A DNA stretch of 64,000 bases from Octopus sinensis (lineage: Eukaryota): assembly GCF_006345805.1 (NCBI RefSeq), contig NC_043020.1, positions 23,436,001 through 23,500,000 on the forward strand, in the 5' to 3' direction. Below the pieces are notes generated by a model. The model was not told the origin of the DNA. It was given only the letters and a program-made list of their open reading frames with translations, and ran no database searches. Below are positions 12,348 through 25,270 of the stretch, one piece after another; the first letter of the stretch is position 1, and the number at the start of each line of letters is the position of its first letter. The position numbers were made by a program, and so were the translations under genes.

Positions 12348-12899
12348 CCAAAAGAGACAACGAGAAGTAAGGCGACTTACTCATGTGTTCTTTTTCGAAT
12401 TGTCTGAGGTGACCTAGGTCTTTTTTGTAGGTTTTTCTTTCCAAGGCTACACCTAAACTGTGAACCTTATATATATATATATATTGCTTTTTTATACACC
12501 ACACAACCCACAGATCCCTATTGCTCAAACTTTTTTTTGTTGTTTTTTTTTGTGCCCCACCCATCCCACCTCGAAAAGAAAAAAATCTACATTGTATTTC
12601 GTCCATTTTTATTCTGTGTTTAGCCCTGTGTGGCTACAATAAAAAGTTATGTATCTATCTCACATGATGTAAATCGTGAATGGCGAAATAAGCCAAACAA
12701 CTGACATATATCGGCTGTTATTAAATAGAGATATTCAAGTATTGGATGGCTATCGAGAAAGAGGTCATGGAACAAATCTGGTCAGCTAATCTCTCTACGC
12801 AACTATTGACATAAAGCCACATCACTTTATGACAATCCTGCATTACATATGCAGCAGGTTTGCTCCCGAGCGACTGTCAAATAACAGAAAAATATAATT

Positions 12900-13440
12900 C
12901 CCACGGATATGAGGACAAGTAAAAAAAATTCAAATTGTCTAAATGGGCCAGTATTGGATAACAAATGATCCTATCGCAAATAAACATTGCTCAAAACCGA
13001 AACAAACTCAAATACTCCCATGAAAAAGAGAGACCAAGAAATGAAGCAAGGTCTGTCAAAAATATTGAAGAAAAACACTGAAGCCTTCTATAAATATTCA
13101 AAGAATTCTGCTTCAGTACGGAGCATGATAGAGCCACTATTCAAAGCAAATGGCTCCCCGATAATAGACATCCTAGAGGATCGGTGAAATACTGAATGTT
13201 CAATACAAGAATATTTTCACCACTCCATCAACATAGGGGAAGCTGATGTAATATCTGCAATTGATAAAATGAGCTCAAACTGAGCCACAGGTGCTGATAA
13301 ATTCACAGCAATACTCCTCAAGAAAAGCAAAGGGACTCTTGAAAGACCACTTCAGATTCTCTTCCAGAGCTTCCTCACAACTGGTAAACTTCAGAAAAAT
13401 ATTCCTAAGCACAACTACCAGGAAGGGTCACGAACTATAA
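12900..13440 (+). mobile_element. CR1/Jockey-group LINE fragment (region leading into RT)
   Basis: KKNTEAFYKYSK.., ADVISAIDKMSSN*ATGADKFTAILLKKSKGTLERPLQILFQSFLTTGKL resembles the K.APGPD..P..LK...L..PL..LF..S...G..P motif. Confidence 0.7.
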
Positions 13441-13498
13441 TACAGCCAAAGACTGATTACAAAGTTTGACTCAAAACCAGTAATTTTATCAAATGCAG

Positions 13499-13612
13499 AA
13501 GGGTGAAAGGTAAAGTTGACTTCGGTGGAATTTGAACTCAGAACATAAGGACGAGTGAAATATCGCTAAGCATTTTGTCCAGTGTGCTAATGATTGTGCC
13601 CGCTCACCTCCT
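13499..13612 (-). mobile_element. Degraded SINE A 5' half
   Basis: GAAAGGTAAAGTTGACTTCGGTGGAATTTGAACTCAGAAC..GCTAAGCATTT..GTGCTAATGATT. Confidence 0.7.
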
Positions 13613-13959
13613 TAATCAAGTCATAAATGGAAATGAATGCATATAATATATTGCACGCGCGCATACGATTACATGCATGTAAAACCGAAAGACAACGTGA
13701 TTCCTTCATCAGTGGAGATTTTGCGCATTATATACAGCGTATCACACACTTTATGGTGTAATGTAATCACTAAATTAAAGGTACTTATGCTCTGATATTT
13801 CAGTTCTTTCTCGGCAACAGAAATATCTGCGTTATGGTATCTATTAAAAGAAACATACGTTCACAAAGTCTGTTCTACTTCTCCAAGTCTGAGACCTATG
13901 TATAGCTGAAACGCAGAAATTCCAATTATTTGGCAAATATGTTAAACCATAAATAAAAG

Positions 13960-14014
13960 AATATAATATTGCAAAATATATATATGTATTGCATCCGCAT
14001 AAATATATATATAT

Positions 14015-14063
<49 letters not shown>

Positions 14064-14354
14064 GCATTATGTATACGCACATACATGTATATATACATGC
14101 ATGCATATGTATATATTTCTACATATGTATATATGTGTGTGCTTGTATATGAGTTTGTACATATACATGTATGTGTGTATATATATTTAAATGTAGACAC
14201 ATATGAATAGAAAGACACACACATGCTCACCAGCAGGCACAAATACATACAAACATAAACACACACACACAGAAACACATACACAAACATATATATAATA
14301 TATATGTACATACATATATGCATATATATGTATGTATATATATATATATATAGG
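13960..14354. repeat. (TA)n/(CA)n mixed microsatellite
   Basis: Direct reading. Confidence 0.9.
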
Positions 14355-17179
14355 AAGATAAATAAAAATATATGCATACATACAAACATATATGTACGTA
14401 CCTACATCTACTGTATATATACATGCATATATAAATAATTATACGGAAGTACAGGACATCACAATAAGACGTAGAAACAGAAAAAAAACAAAAAACAAGA
14501 AAACGGAAAACGAAAACCAATACAGGACAGGTTACACAAGGACAAAACCCCCGTCATCAGCTGTCGCTAGAGGAGTCAGGCATGTTTCGAAGGCATAACA
14601 GAACACTAATCCAATAGGCCTTCCTGCGAGAGAATTAAAAAAAATTTCAAGCAGCGGGGCACAATGAGTACGAACACAAACAAGACGTAACAATAAGACT
14701 GCAAAATTAAAATACATGTACAAAAACAAACACAAGAGGACGAACGAAAAAGCCTTTTTTCTGGCATAGACAAACAATAAAACTGCAAAAATAAAAATAC
14801 ATGTACAAAAAGTACAATTAGTTACAAAACGAGAAAATAACAAGAATACTATACAGGAAATTAACCACACAAGGGGACGAACGAAGAAGCCTTTTTGCTG
14901 GCAAGGACGAAAGTGTAGTAGCAGCGCGTGGAGGCAGTCTTTTCAATAGTGGTAACCACGTGTAAAGGAATTTTGTTTTATAGGCAAGGAAGAGGGAAGG
15001 AGGAGGGGGACACGCGGCGAAGAGAGAGGAGGAGGGGGAGGGAGAAAGATTGAAGAGGTTAAAGCAAGGGAGAGAGTACCGCATCTTCAATATAATATAT
15101 TAATATAAAAAAAGGGGACCAAGAAGTGGATCGAAACGACGAATCGGAACGAACCTGATGCGGGGCGCTGTCAGACAATAAGGAGATAAATAAAAATATA
15201 TGCATACATACAAACATATATGTACGTACCTACATCTACCTGTATATATACATGCATATATAAATAATTATACGGAAGTACAGGACATCACAATAAGACG
15301 TAGTAGAAACAGAAAAAAACAAAAAACAAGAAAACGGAAAACGAAAACCAAATACAGGACAGGTTACACAAGGACAAAACCCCCGTCATCAGCTGTCGCT
15401 AGAGGAGTCAGGCATGTTTCGAAGGCATAACAGAACACTAATCCAATAGGCCTTCCTGCGAGAGAATTAAAATAAAATTTCAAGCAGCGGGGCACAATGA
15501 GTACGAACACAAACAAGACGTAACAATAAGACTGCAAAATTAAAATACATGTACAAAAACAAACACAAGAGGACGAACGAAAAAGCCTTTTTTCTGGCAT
15601 AGACAAACAATAAAACTGCAAAAATAAAAATACATGTACAAAAAGTACAATTAGTTACAAAACGAGAAAATAACAAGAATACTATACAGGAAATTAACCA
15701 CACAAGGGGACGAACGAAGAAGCCTTTTTGCTGGCAAGGACGAAAGTGTAGTAGCAGCGCGTGGAGGCAGTCTTTTCAATAGTGGTAACCACGTGTAAAG
15801 GAATTTTGTTTTATAGGCAAGGAAGAGGGAAGGAGGAGGGGGACACGCGGCGAAGAGAGAGGAGGAGGGGGAGGGAGAAAGATTGAAGAGGTTAAAGCAA
15901 AGGAGAGAGAGTACCGCATCTTCAATATAATAATATTAATATAAAAAAAGGGGACCAAGAAGTGGATCGAAACGACGAATCGGAACGAACCTGATGCGGG
16001 GCGCTGTCAGACAATAAGGAGATAAATAAAAATATATGCATACATACAAACATATATGTACGTACCTACATCTACCTGTATATATACATGCATATATAAA
16101 TAATTATACGGAAGTACAGGACATCACAATAAGACGTAGAAACAGAAAAAAAACAAAAAACAAGAAAACGGAAAACGAAAACCAAATACAGGACAGGTTA
16201 CACAAGGACAAAACCCCCGTCATCAGCTGTCGCTAGAGGAGTCAGGCATGTTTCGAAGGCATAACAGAACACTAATCCAATAGGCCTTCCTGCGAGAGAA
16301 TTAAAAAAAATTTCAAGCAGCGGGGCACAATGAGTACGAACACAAACAAGACGTAACAATAAGACTGCAAAATTAAAATACATGTACAAAAACAAACACA
16401 AGAGGACGAACGAAAAAGCCTTTTTTCTGGCATAGACAAACAATAAAACTGCAAAAATAAAAATACATGTACAAAAAGTACAATTAGTTACAAAACGAGA
16501 AAATAACAAGAATACTATACAGGAAATTAACCACACAAGGGGACGAACGAAGAAGCCTTTTTGCTGGCAAGGACGAAAGTGTAGTAGCAGCGCGTGGAGG
16601 CAGTCTTTTCAATAGTGGTAACCACGTGTAAAGGAATTTTGTTTTATAGGCAAGGAAGAGGGAGGAGGAGGGGGACACGCGGCGAAGAGAGAGGAGGAGG
16701 GGGAGGGAGAAAGATTGAAGAGGTTAAAGCAAAGGGAGAGAGTACCGCATCTTCAATATAATAATATTAATATAAAAAAAGGGGACCAAGAAGTGGATCG
16801 AAACGACGAATCGGAACGAACCTGATGCGGGGCGCTGTCAGACAATAAGGTATAAATAAAAATATATGCATACATACAAACATATATGTACGTACCTACA
16901 TCTACCTGTATATTACATGCATATATAAATAATTATACGGAAGTACAGGACATCACAATAAGACGTAGTAGAAACAGAAAAAAAAACAAAAAACAAGAAA
17001 ACGGAAAACGAAAACCAAATACAGGACAGGTTACACAGGACAAAACCCCCGTCATCAGCTGTCGCTAGAGGAGTCAGGCATGTTTCGAAGGCATAACAGA
17101 ACACTAATCCAATAGGCCTTCCTGCGAGAGAATTAAAATAAAATTTCAAGCAGCGGGGCACAATGAGTACGAACACAAA
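14355..17179 (-). repeat. Tandem array of an ~830-bp unit, about 3.4 copies
   Basis: AGATAAATAAAAATATATGCATACATAC recurs near 14356, 15184, 16020 and (as TATAAATAAAAAT..) 16851. The last copy is cut at 17179 by (TA)n. Strand is assigned only from the truncation polarity. Confidence 0.95.
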
Positions 17180-17220
17180 TATATATATATATATATATAT
17201 GTATGTATATATATATAAAC

Positions 17221-17274
<54 letters not shown>

Positions 17275-17689
17275 TTATACATAAATACTAATCAAAATCT
17301 CTATATACGTATCCGCGGCATGGGGATGCAAATTTCACCAAAACTATTCCAACGGGATAGAATCACGTCATCCAATCAAAGTAATTCTACTTTCACTATC
17401 AGATGCCATAAAAAAAATAAATACGCAAGATATGCACTCTGTACGGGAGGATGATTACGGAAAGTTTCAGACCACAACAAGAACTCATTAAGAATTGAAG
17501 AACCAACCCCCATAAAAAAAAAAATTAAACAATCCAGTAAGATGTCTATAAATGCTATATATTCATATAACGTATGCATCTCAATGCGCATATGTAAGAT
17601 AGCAAAATCTATGCGTGTGTTTTTGCATTTACGAACTGGTATTTATGCATATTTATAAATACATCCACATATACATACATCTGTCTGCA

Positions 17690-18250
<561 letters not shown>

Positions 18251-18655
18251 TGTTTCTTTATTAGCCACACAGGGCTGCACACAGATAGAACAAATTACAA
18301 GGTAGAGCTTTTCTTTTGAAGTTTTAAAAAAAAAAAAAAAAAAGAAAAGGAAGGGGGAGTTTCGATCAAAAGGGATCGTAAAAGGAGAGAAAGAGGACAA
18401 AAAAAAGGGGGGGTTAAAAAAAAAATTTAAAAAAAAAAAAAAAAAAGGGGAGAGGAAAAAAAAATGATCAATAGGGATCGTTATCACAGAAACGTCAATA
18501 TGAAGTGTAAAGGGGAGGACAGGTGAGGTTTACCCGTGGAAAGAAAAGCCTACGGAAAAGACCACGGTAACCTCGGTCAATGAAGTCACATTTTATATTT
18601 CTTTTTTTTTTTTTTTTTTTGCAAATAAGCAACTCTCTGTATTCGATTTCTGGGT

Positions 18656-21600
18656 TCATAGGACTATGCTCAGGGTGGCTTCGTCATTCATACGTGCCAT
18701 TCTTGCTACATTCACCCATCTTTTTTTAAAACATTCGCTACACAAAACTTGCCTCCTACTCTCACTTTCCTTTTCAAGTGGTACTTGAAGAAGTTGATGA
18801 GAGATTGACCAGAGAGGAAAGTGTTTGTCTCCAATCCTTTCAGACGCGTCCACCAGATACATTCTTTCGCCATAGCCACAAGGATGATGAAAATAGCTCT
18901 TCCTTCCCGTTTGAAGGAAGGAGGCGTGACAATATTGACGATAGACTCAGCTGATAAACCGACTCGTCCCACACGTGACAGCAGTTGTTCGACATAAGCC
19001 CACAGGTCGGAAATTGTTGGACACTGAACGAGTGCGTGCAGAACGGTTTCGTCGCTCTGACCGCATCTCGGGCAGGTCGGCCCCGTGTTTCTCGAGCCGT
19101 GTCTGTAGAGCTTATCCCGAACGGGTAGCGCTTCTCGGTAGCACTGCCAGGCCAGGGATCTCTGGAAGTTGTCCATGGGCCCTGGCCCGAAAGTCGTCCC
19201 GAACAGGCAGGTCAGGTACTCCTCGTCGACGTCCAGGTTCGCCCCGAGCTCGTCGTCGTACCTCCCCTCCACTAAACCCCTATAGAATGCTTTGGTTGTG
19301 TTGAAGTCACTTAAGGTCGACCAGGACGGCAGAGTTGCTTGAGAGCAACGCGACACTCGCGGTGCCATTCGCCCTTCCTCGGCCTCTTTTTGATCCACGA
19401 CTGCAGTTCGGTCATGGAGACGAGCTGCGGGAAAGCGTGCCTCACAAACGGCGACCACACCTGTTCACCGTCGTCTACATAGAGCCAGAGATGTCGCAGT
19501 CTCAGCGCGTGTCTGCGCATCATCAACCACGGCATGCCCAGCCCTCCTTTTAACGGGTGTTGACAGCAAATGGATCGCCTGACCATCGGGACGCATCCTT
19601 TCCACAAGAAGCGAAAGAGGATGCGTTGTAGTTTGGTGATGGTAGGGTCGGGACAAGGTACGACGTCGGCAGGCGGTAGTAGATGACGGACGCGATGTAC
19701 GTGTTCGCCACCTCCGCTCGACCTTTTAGGGACAGTTTCCTCTCGGCCCATTGCCGGGCGAGAGTGACCACCCTACTCGTTATCTCGTTCCAGTTCTTCT
19801 CCACTTGGAGGTCCGGACCGAACCAGACCCCGAGCAACTCAACGGGCCGTCGGTCCAGCGTCCCACGACGGAGGCGCTGGTGGACGGCATGGGCTTGCTT
19901 CTCCAGGTGCCTAATCGCAAGCCCACTGACTTTTCCCGGTTGATTTTCGCTCCTGTCACCGCTTCGTAGTTTTTCAGTGTCTCGCCGACCAGCTCGATGT
20001 GCTCGTGGCTAGACACTATGACGGTGACGTCGTCCGCGTATGCAGACACGCTCGTCCCGCATCCCAATTCTCGCGGGATGCCCCTTAGAGTCGCCAGCTT
20101 CCGCAGTAGTGGCTCAAGAGTCAATACGTATAGAAGCGCCGAGAGGGGGCATCCCTGACGGACCGAACGTGCAATGTCGAAAGGTCTCGATAGATGTCCA
20201 TTTACGCGAATTACCGAACGGATGCCTCTGTACAAGGCAGCTATCCAGCCGCGGAAGACGGGACCGAAACCAGCCGCTCTCAGGACCGCCTCCAAGTATC
20301 GATGGTCTACCCTATCAAAGGCTTTCGATTGATCCAAGTTGATCAGGGCCCCACCCATGCCAGGTTCGTTAACTACCCTGTCTATGATGTAGCGCATCAG
20401 ATGGAGGTTGTCATGGATGGTCCGGCCTGGCACGGCGCATGTTTGCGCCTTGTCGACCAGTTTCTCGATGACAAGCGCCAACCTCTTGGCTAGCACCTTG
20501 GCCAAAATTTTCAAGTCTGCATTAAGCAGAGTGATGGGCCTAAAGTTATCTATTACATTTCCCTTGTTTAGATTTCTTCAGCAGTGTTACGGCTCCTCGG
20601 CTCACAAAACCAGGAATGCTCCCGTTTTGCTGCCAGTTGCAGTACACCGCCGCCAAGAGATCTCCAAACAAGTCTGGCATACAATTGTAAAGCTCGTAGG
20701 GTAGACCATCCAAACCCGGTGATTTGTCCCTCGAGCATTCTGCCATCGCTTCCCGCACTTCCGCCGCCGTGATGGCACCTTCGCAGCACCCTGCCTTTCT
20801 TGTCGAGAGTCGTGGTAGGCTATGTAGGTAGGCACTGAAGTCCACCCTACGTTCTTGCCCTCCACTCGTTCCGAACAGTCGGGCAAAATGCTGCTGAAAG
20901 GCCTCACACATTTTACTTGGCTCGAGCAATTCGCGCCCCTGTTCATCTACCAGTGACCGAATGGTGGCTTTGTTGCCCTGTTGCGCCTCTGCCACCCGGG
21001 CCTCTCTCGCGGCTCCAACACCTTCGTTCCTTAGAGCACGCATCCTAGCTCTGACAGCACATCCTTCGTGTTTGGCGTTGAAGTGTTGGTCGAGGGCCAA
21101 CCTCGCCGCCAAAACGTCGGATGCGATGCCGCTTCTAATTGCCTCTTCTAGCTTCTAACTAGCTCACCCTCTACTCTATTTCTATCTATGGCTAGTGCTT
21201 TGCTGTACCTAATCGCTTCTGCTTTTACTGCTCTCTTGAGGGCAAACCACCATTTGTTGTTGATGATGGCTCCCGTCAAAGCCCTCTTTACTAGTGTGCT
21301 AATCCGGTCTCTGAAAACTTGTCTCGATGGGAAAGACGCGTTAGTTTCCAGTATCCGGGACCCTGCCTAAGTGTCTTACCTAAGTCTAGCGTACATGTCA
21401 CAAGTTTGTGATTCGTGTAGCTGACTATGTGGAATTGTGGACATCCTATGCTATCTCTATCTACTGTCCTACACAGTATCCTATCTAGATACGATCTCGA
21501 CGACCCGATGCGGTTGCTCCATGTCCACGTTGGCGCATTCGGGTGGTCTAGTCGGAACCTGTCAGACAGTTGAAAGCGTCTGAGCAGGTCTCTGAGGCAT

Positions 21601-22085
21601 TTGCATCCCCGTCTATTCCTATCTCTACCCACGTAGTCTACATGCGTGTCCAAGGTAGCATTCCAATCCCCCACTAAGAGTAAAGGACGAGACGTTCCAA
21701 GAAAACTTCTAGACGTTGAAAGAAATCCGCCCGACCTGTTAAGGGCGGTGCGTAAACTGATACGAGTCGAAAAGCGCACCATTGCTGCCGTCGACATCCA
21801 GGACGACCAGTCTACCCTCCGGGTCTACGAATATTGTCCTTACATTGAGATCCAGACTCTTGTGAAAAAGTACCGCGGTGCCACTACCGCCCATTCTCGG
21901 CAGACAAGGGGAAAAATAAATGTTGAACTGTCCGCCAAACATGGTCTTTAGGGCCCGCGGATTGTGGAGTCTGGTCTCGCTTATGGCTATGATTTCTAAC
22001 TATGTGACTTTATGTCATTTAAGAGGTACCCTTGTTTCCAAGGGGACCCCAAGCCACGCGCATTTACACAACCAATCTTGATCAT
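18656..22085 (-). pseudogene. LINE 2 ORF2 (APE, RT, zinc finger), several frameshifts
   Basis: Start MIKIGCVNARGL at 22085; GDWNATLD, SYLDRI, KSPGLDG, LDQSKAFDRV, RQGCPLS, YADD, CPRCGQSDETVLHALVQC. Confidence 0.95.
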
Positions 22086-22116
22086 AGTTCTAATGAATTA
22101 GAATACAGAGGGTTAC

Positions 22117-23866
22117 TTACTGCTCGAAAGTTTTTGCTTTCTCCTCCGTTGGTTTGTCCTCGAGAAGATCCCAGTACAGTTTCTTTGTGAGATATTTTTG
22201 GCATTTACCAACCGCACTGGGGAAAATGCCTTTGAGTGTGTGGTGCAGACTTTTGGAGATGTGTAATATTTTGATGTGGTCTGGTGGTGTTGTGTATGGG
22301 TGATTGTTTGTTTTTATGTCATCTTCTGTTATGTTTGTTTTTGATTGGATGTATTCCATCAAATTTGTGTTTTTGGTGTCTATGGCTGTGAGCATGTTTG
22401 CTGTATATATTTTTGTGGTGGTTGGTGTGGGTTGTTTGCGTGGGTTTGAAATGTCTTCGGGAGATGTATTTCCCCCTGCTTTGTTCGTGTTTGCATTTGG
22501 TTTGGTTGTGTTTCTGCTCTTTATTTTCCTTCTTTTTGTAGCTATTTGCCATTCCTCACTGGTTTCGTCTTCCGACGAAATTTCTGAGGAATCAGAAGGG
22601 GGTAGGGGTATGTTGTGGGCTTCTATGTATGTCTGTGTAAGTGGTTGTGTTGTTGTTTTCGTTGTTGTGTTGTTGAGTGTTTGTGTGTGTTGAGTGCGGT
22701 ATAAGGGATGGGGGATCAGTTTGTGTGTGTTTTCTTTGTTTTTCTGTTCCTTTGGGTTTTGCTGTTGATGGTGGTGTGTTGGTATTTTTCCAGGTGTCGA
22801 GTGGTTTTTGGTTGATGACGGATTAGCTTGGTGTGCTTCTCTTGTCTTCTGTGTTGATGGTGGTGTGGGTAGTAGAGCTTTTTTTCCGGAGTGCTTTGGT
22901 TGTGGTAGTGGTTGTTGTTGTTGCTCTTGGTGTGCAGTGGTTGGGCACGTCTTTTTCAAGTGTGTTTCGCTTCCACACAAATAGCAGCGTGGTCGCCTGC
23001 CCTCTACCACTATATAGAGTTTGTAGCCTCCTGGCAGTTCTATAGCGGTGGGTATCTTCTCTCTTGCTGCTTCATCCAATTGAAGCAGGAATTCGATTGA
23101 TTTGCCCACATAGTCTTTCTCTCCTAGAACCGCGATTTCCAGGATGTTTGTCTCTGACATTGTCTCTGACATTTCAAAGCAGATGGCAGAGACCAACCAT
23201 TGTGTTTCGACATCAAATGGTATGTTTTTTATTTGGACTTTCGTGACCCTTTTGTTTAAGTAGACTGGTATCATTACCAAGTCGTCCGAATGCAGCTCCA
23301 ACGTGGAAAAACGTTTTGCTAAACTTTCGTTGAGGAAACGTACTTGGACTGTACCAAATTTGTTTCCCCAACTGATATATCCTGGAGTCCCATACAGGAC
23401 GAAGGCATTTATCGATTTTTTCCTGCGGTGCATTTTCTGTTCTTTTTTGTTTTTTTTGTTTATTACTTTATAAATTATTGTTTTTTTTTTGTGTGTTTTC
23501 CACGATGTGTTGTGGAATATGAAGGTGCAATTTGTCTCCTTCTTTGGAGAAGAGTGCCTTTGTGCGGTTTATCTCTTGTGTGGTGAATGTTACAATTGTT
23601 CTTTTTTGTTTTGTTACGTCCGCAAAATTCGTTTTGAATTTGGCAGTAGAAGTGTTAATTGTGGCAGTGTTAATTGAAGTCATGGTAGTGGGGTTGGTTG
23701 GGGCGGTATTAGCAGCAGAAGGATTGGATGTAGCATTTGACGTCGTAGTAGTGGTGTTGGTGTTGGCGGTGTTGTCTTTGGTAGGCGGCTTTGTGCCAAT
23801 TTCGTTGTTGTTGTTGTTGGTGGTGATGGTGGTGGTGCTGGCATTCATGTTTTCGTTTGTATTCAT
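22117..23866 (-). pseudogene. LINE 2 ORF1, one frameshift near 23450
   Basis: ORFs 23468-23866 and 22117-23433; intact knuckle RCYLCGSETHLKKTC. Confidence 0.85.
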
Positions 23867-24338
23867 TTTTGAAATCCCTTTCTCTGTCCCTTATCATCAA
23901 CAAGTGGTGTGGGGAGTGAGGGGGGAAATCTAAGTTAATGTCTTTGGTCGCGGCGATGGTGAATGCGACGTTAATTTGTTGTTGTTGTTGTTGGTGGTGG
24001 TGATGGTGGTGACAGCGGTGTTCACGCTGCGATGTTTAGCAGCTAGTGGTAGCAATAGTGTTTGCTACCGTTCTGCATGACTGGCGGGCTAGCAACGTGG
24101 TTTCTAGTTGCCATTTTCAAAATGAAAAATGGCTAAAAAACCCACGAAAGTTTGAAAGTTTTTTTGTAATTTCGCCCATACAGGGGCGGAATTTACGTGA
24201 ATAATTCTCAGGTTTTTTAGTGAATGAACTTGCACAACGATTAAAACAAAATTTGACAACAAGGAGTTTTAAACATGTAAAAGTGGCCAACTTACGTGGA
24301 GCCGATATGACTAGCGTCCGTCCATTGTGAGATGATTA

Positions 24339-24372
24339 GAGATAGATAGATGGATGGATAGATAGATATAGA
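24339..24372. repeat. Short (GATA)n/(GATG)n tract at the LINE 2 5' flank
   Basis: GAGATAGATAGATGGATGGATAGATAGATATAGAT. Confidence 0.85.
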
Positions 24373-24639
24373 TCTGTGTGTGTGTGCGTGTATTTATAGA
24401 AGTATCGAATTTTCAACTCTTCAAATGTATAGTTAGTTCATATGAAATTACTAACTCTATGTGGTATAAATGGTATAAATTACCCTGATGCGTTCATAAG
24501 ACAGCAACAATCAGTAAGATTGTCGCCGGTAAGCAACGAGAGCATTACTTTCTTAAAAGAATTCCTAAAATAACTCCACTCGAACGAAAACATTGCGAAA
24601 ACATTCCGGCTGGAAATTATTCCTGCTCTATGTAACAAA

Positions 24640-25091
24640 GACATGTATGTGTGTATGTATGTATGTATGTATGTGTATATGGGTGGATGGATGGATGGAT
24701 GGATGGATGGATTCAGGAATGTATGTATGTATGTATACGTATGCACATATTTATGTTTACATGTATAACGTGTATAGATATTTATGTGAATATATATATA
24801 TACACACACACACATATATATATATATATACATATATATTTATATATATATATATATAATATATATATATATATAATGTATATATATATACATATATATA
24901 TATGTATGTATATATGTATGTACATATTATATGCATGTATAAATATATACATACATACATATATATATCTATATATATAAATATATATAAATACATATAT
25001 ATATGTGTGTATACACACACATATTTTTACTTATATACCTCCACTAACATAAGCGGGTATTATATATGCGTGTATGCATATATTTCCCTTG

Positions 25092-25148
<57 letters not shown>

Positions 25149-25270
25149 TATATATATATATATAAACATATATATACATATATATGTATATATATATATA
25201 TATACATATCTGTATGCTTTCATGTATATATATTTGTGCGTGTATATATATATATATATATATATTTATG
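24640..25270. repeat. (TATG)n, (GATG)n and (TA)n microsatellite cluster
   Basis: Direct reading. Confidence 0.9.

Larger units (their letters stand above)
6774..12650 (+). mobile_element. Tx1/L1-clade non-LTR retrotransposon, near full length, decayed (LINE 1)
   Basis: ORF1 with a zinc knuckle, ORF2 with APE, RT and CCHC domains, and a 3' UTR ending AATAAAAAG. The 5' start ATGGACG..TCGGCTCC is shared with LINE 2. Confidence 0.93.
18251..24325 (-). mobile_element. Tx1/L1-clade non-LTR retrotransposon, near full length, decayed (LINE 2)
   Basis: Homologous to LINE 1 throughout. The minus-strand 3' end is ..TAATAAAGAAACA followed by (TATC)n; the 5' start is ATGGACGG. Confidence 0.93.

Noticed and set aside
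12651-12670. ATCTCACA shared between the LINE 1 3' flank and the LINE 2 5' flank as a TSD
   Set aside because: The matches belong to different elements, are only 8 nt, and the following sequence is unrelated.
15120-15170. GAAAC..CTGATG on the plus strand of the tandem unit as a type II hammerhead
   Set aside because: The core reads CTGATGC, and no stem III with an NUH site can be formed.
14355-17179. Tandem array as a CRISPR array or tandem LTRs
   Set aside because: Eukaryotic context with no repeat-spacer pattern; no convincing TG..CA termini, PBS or TSD.
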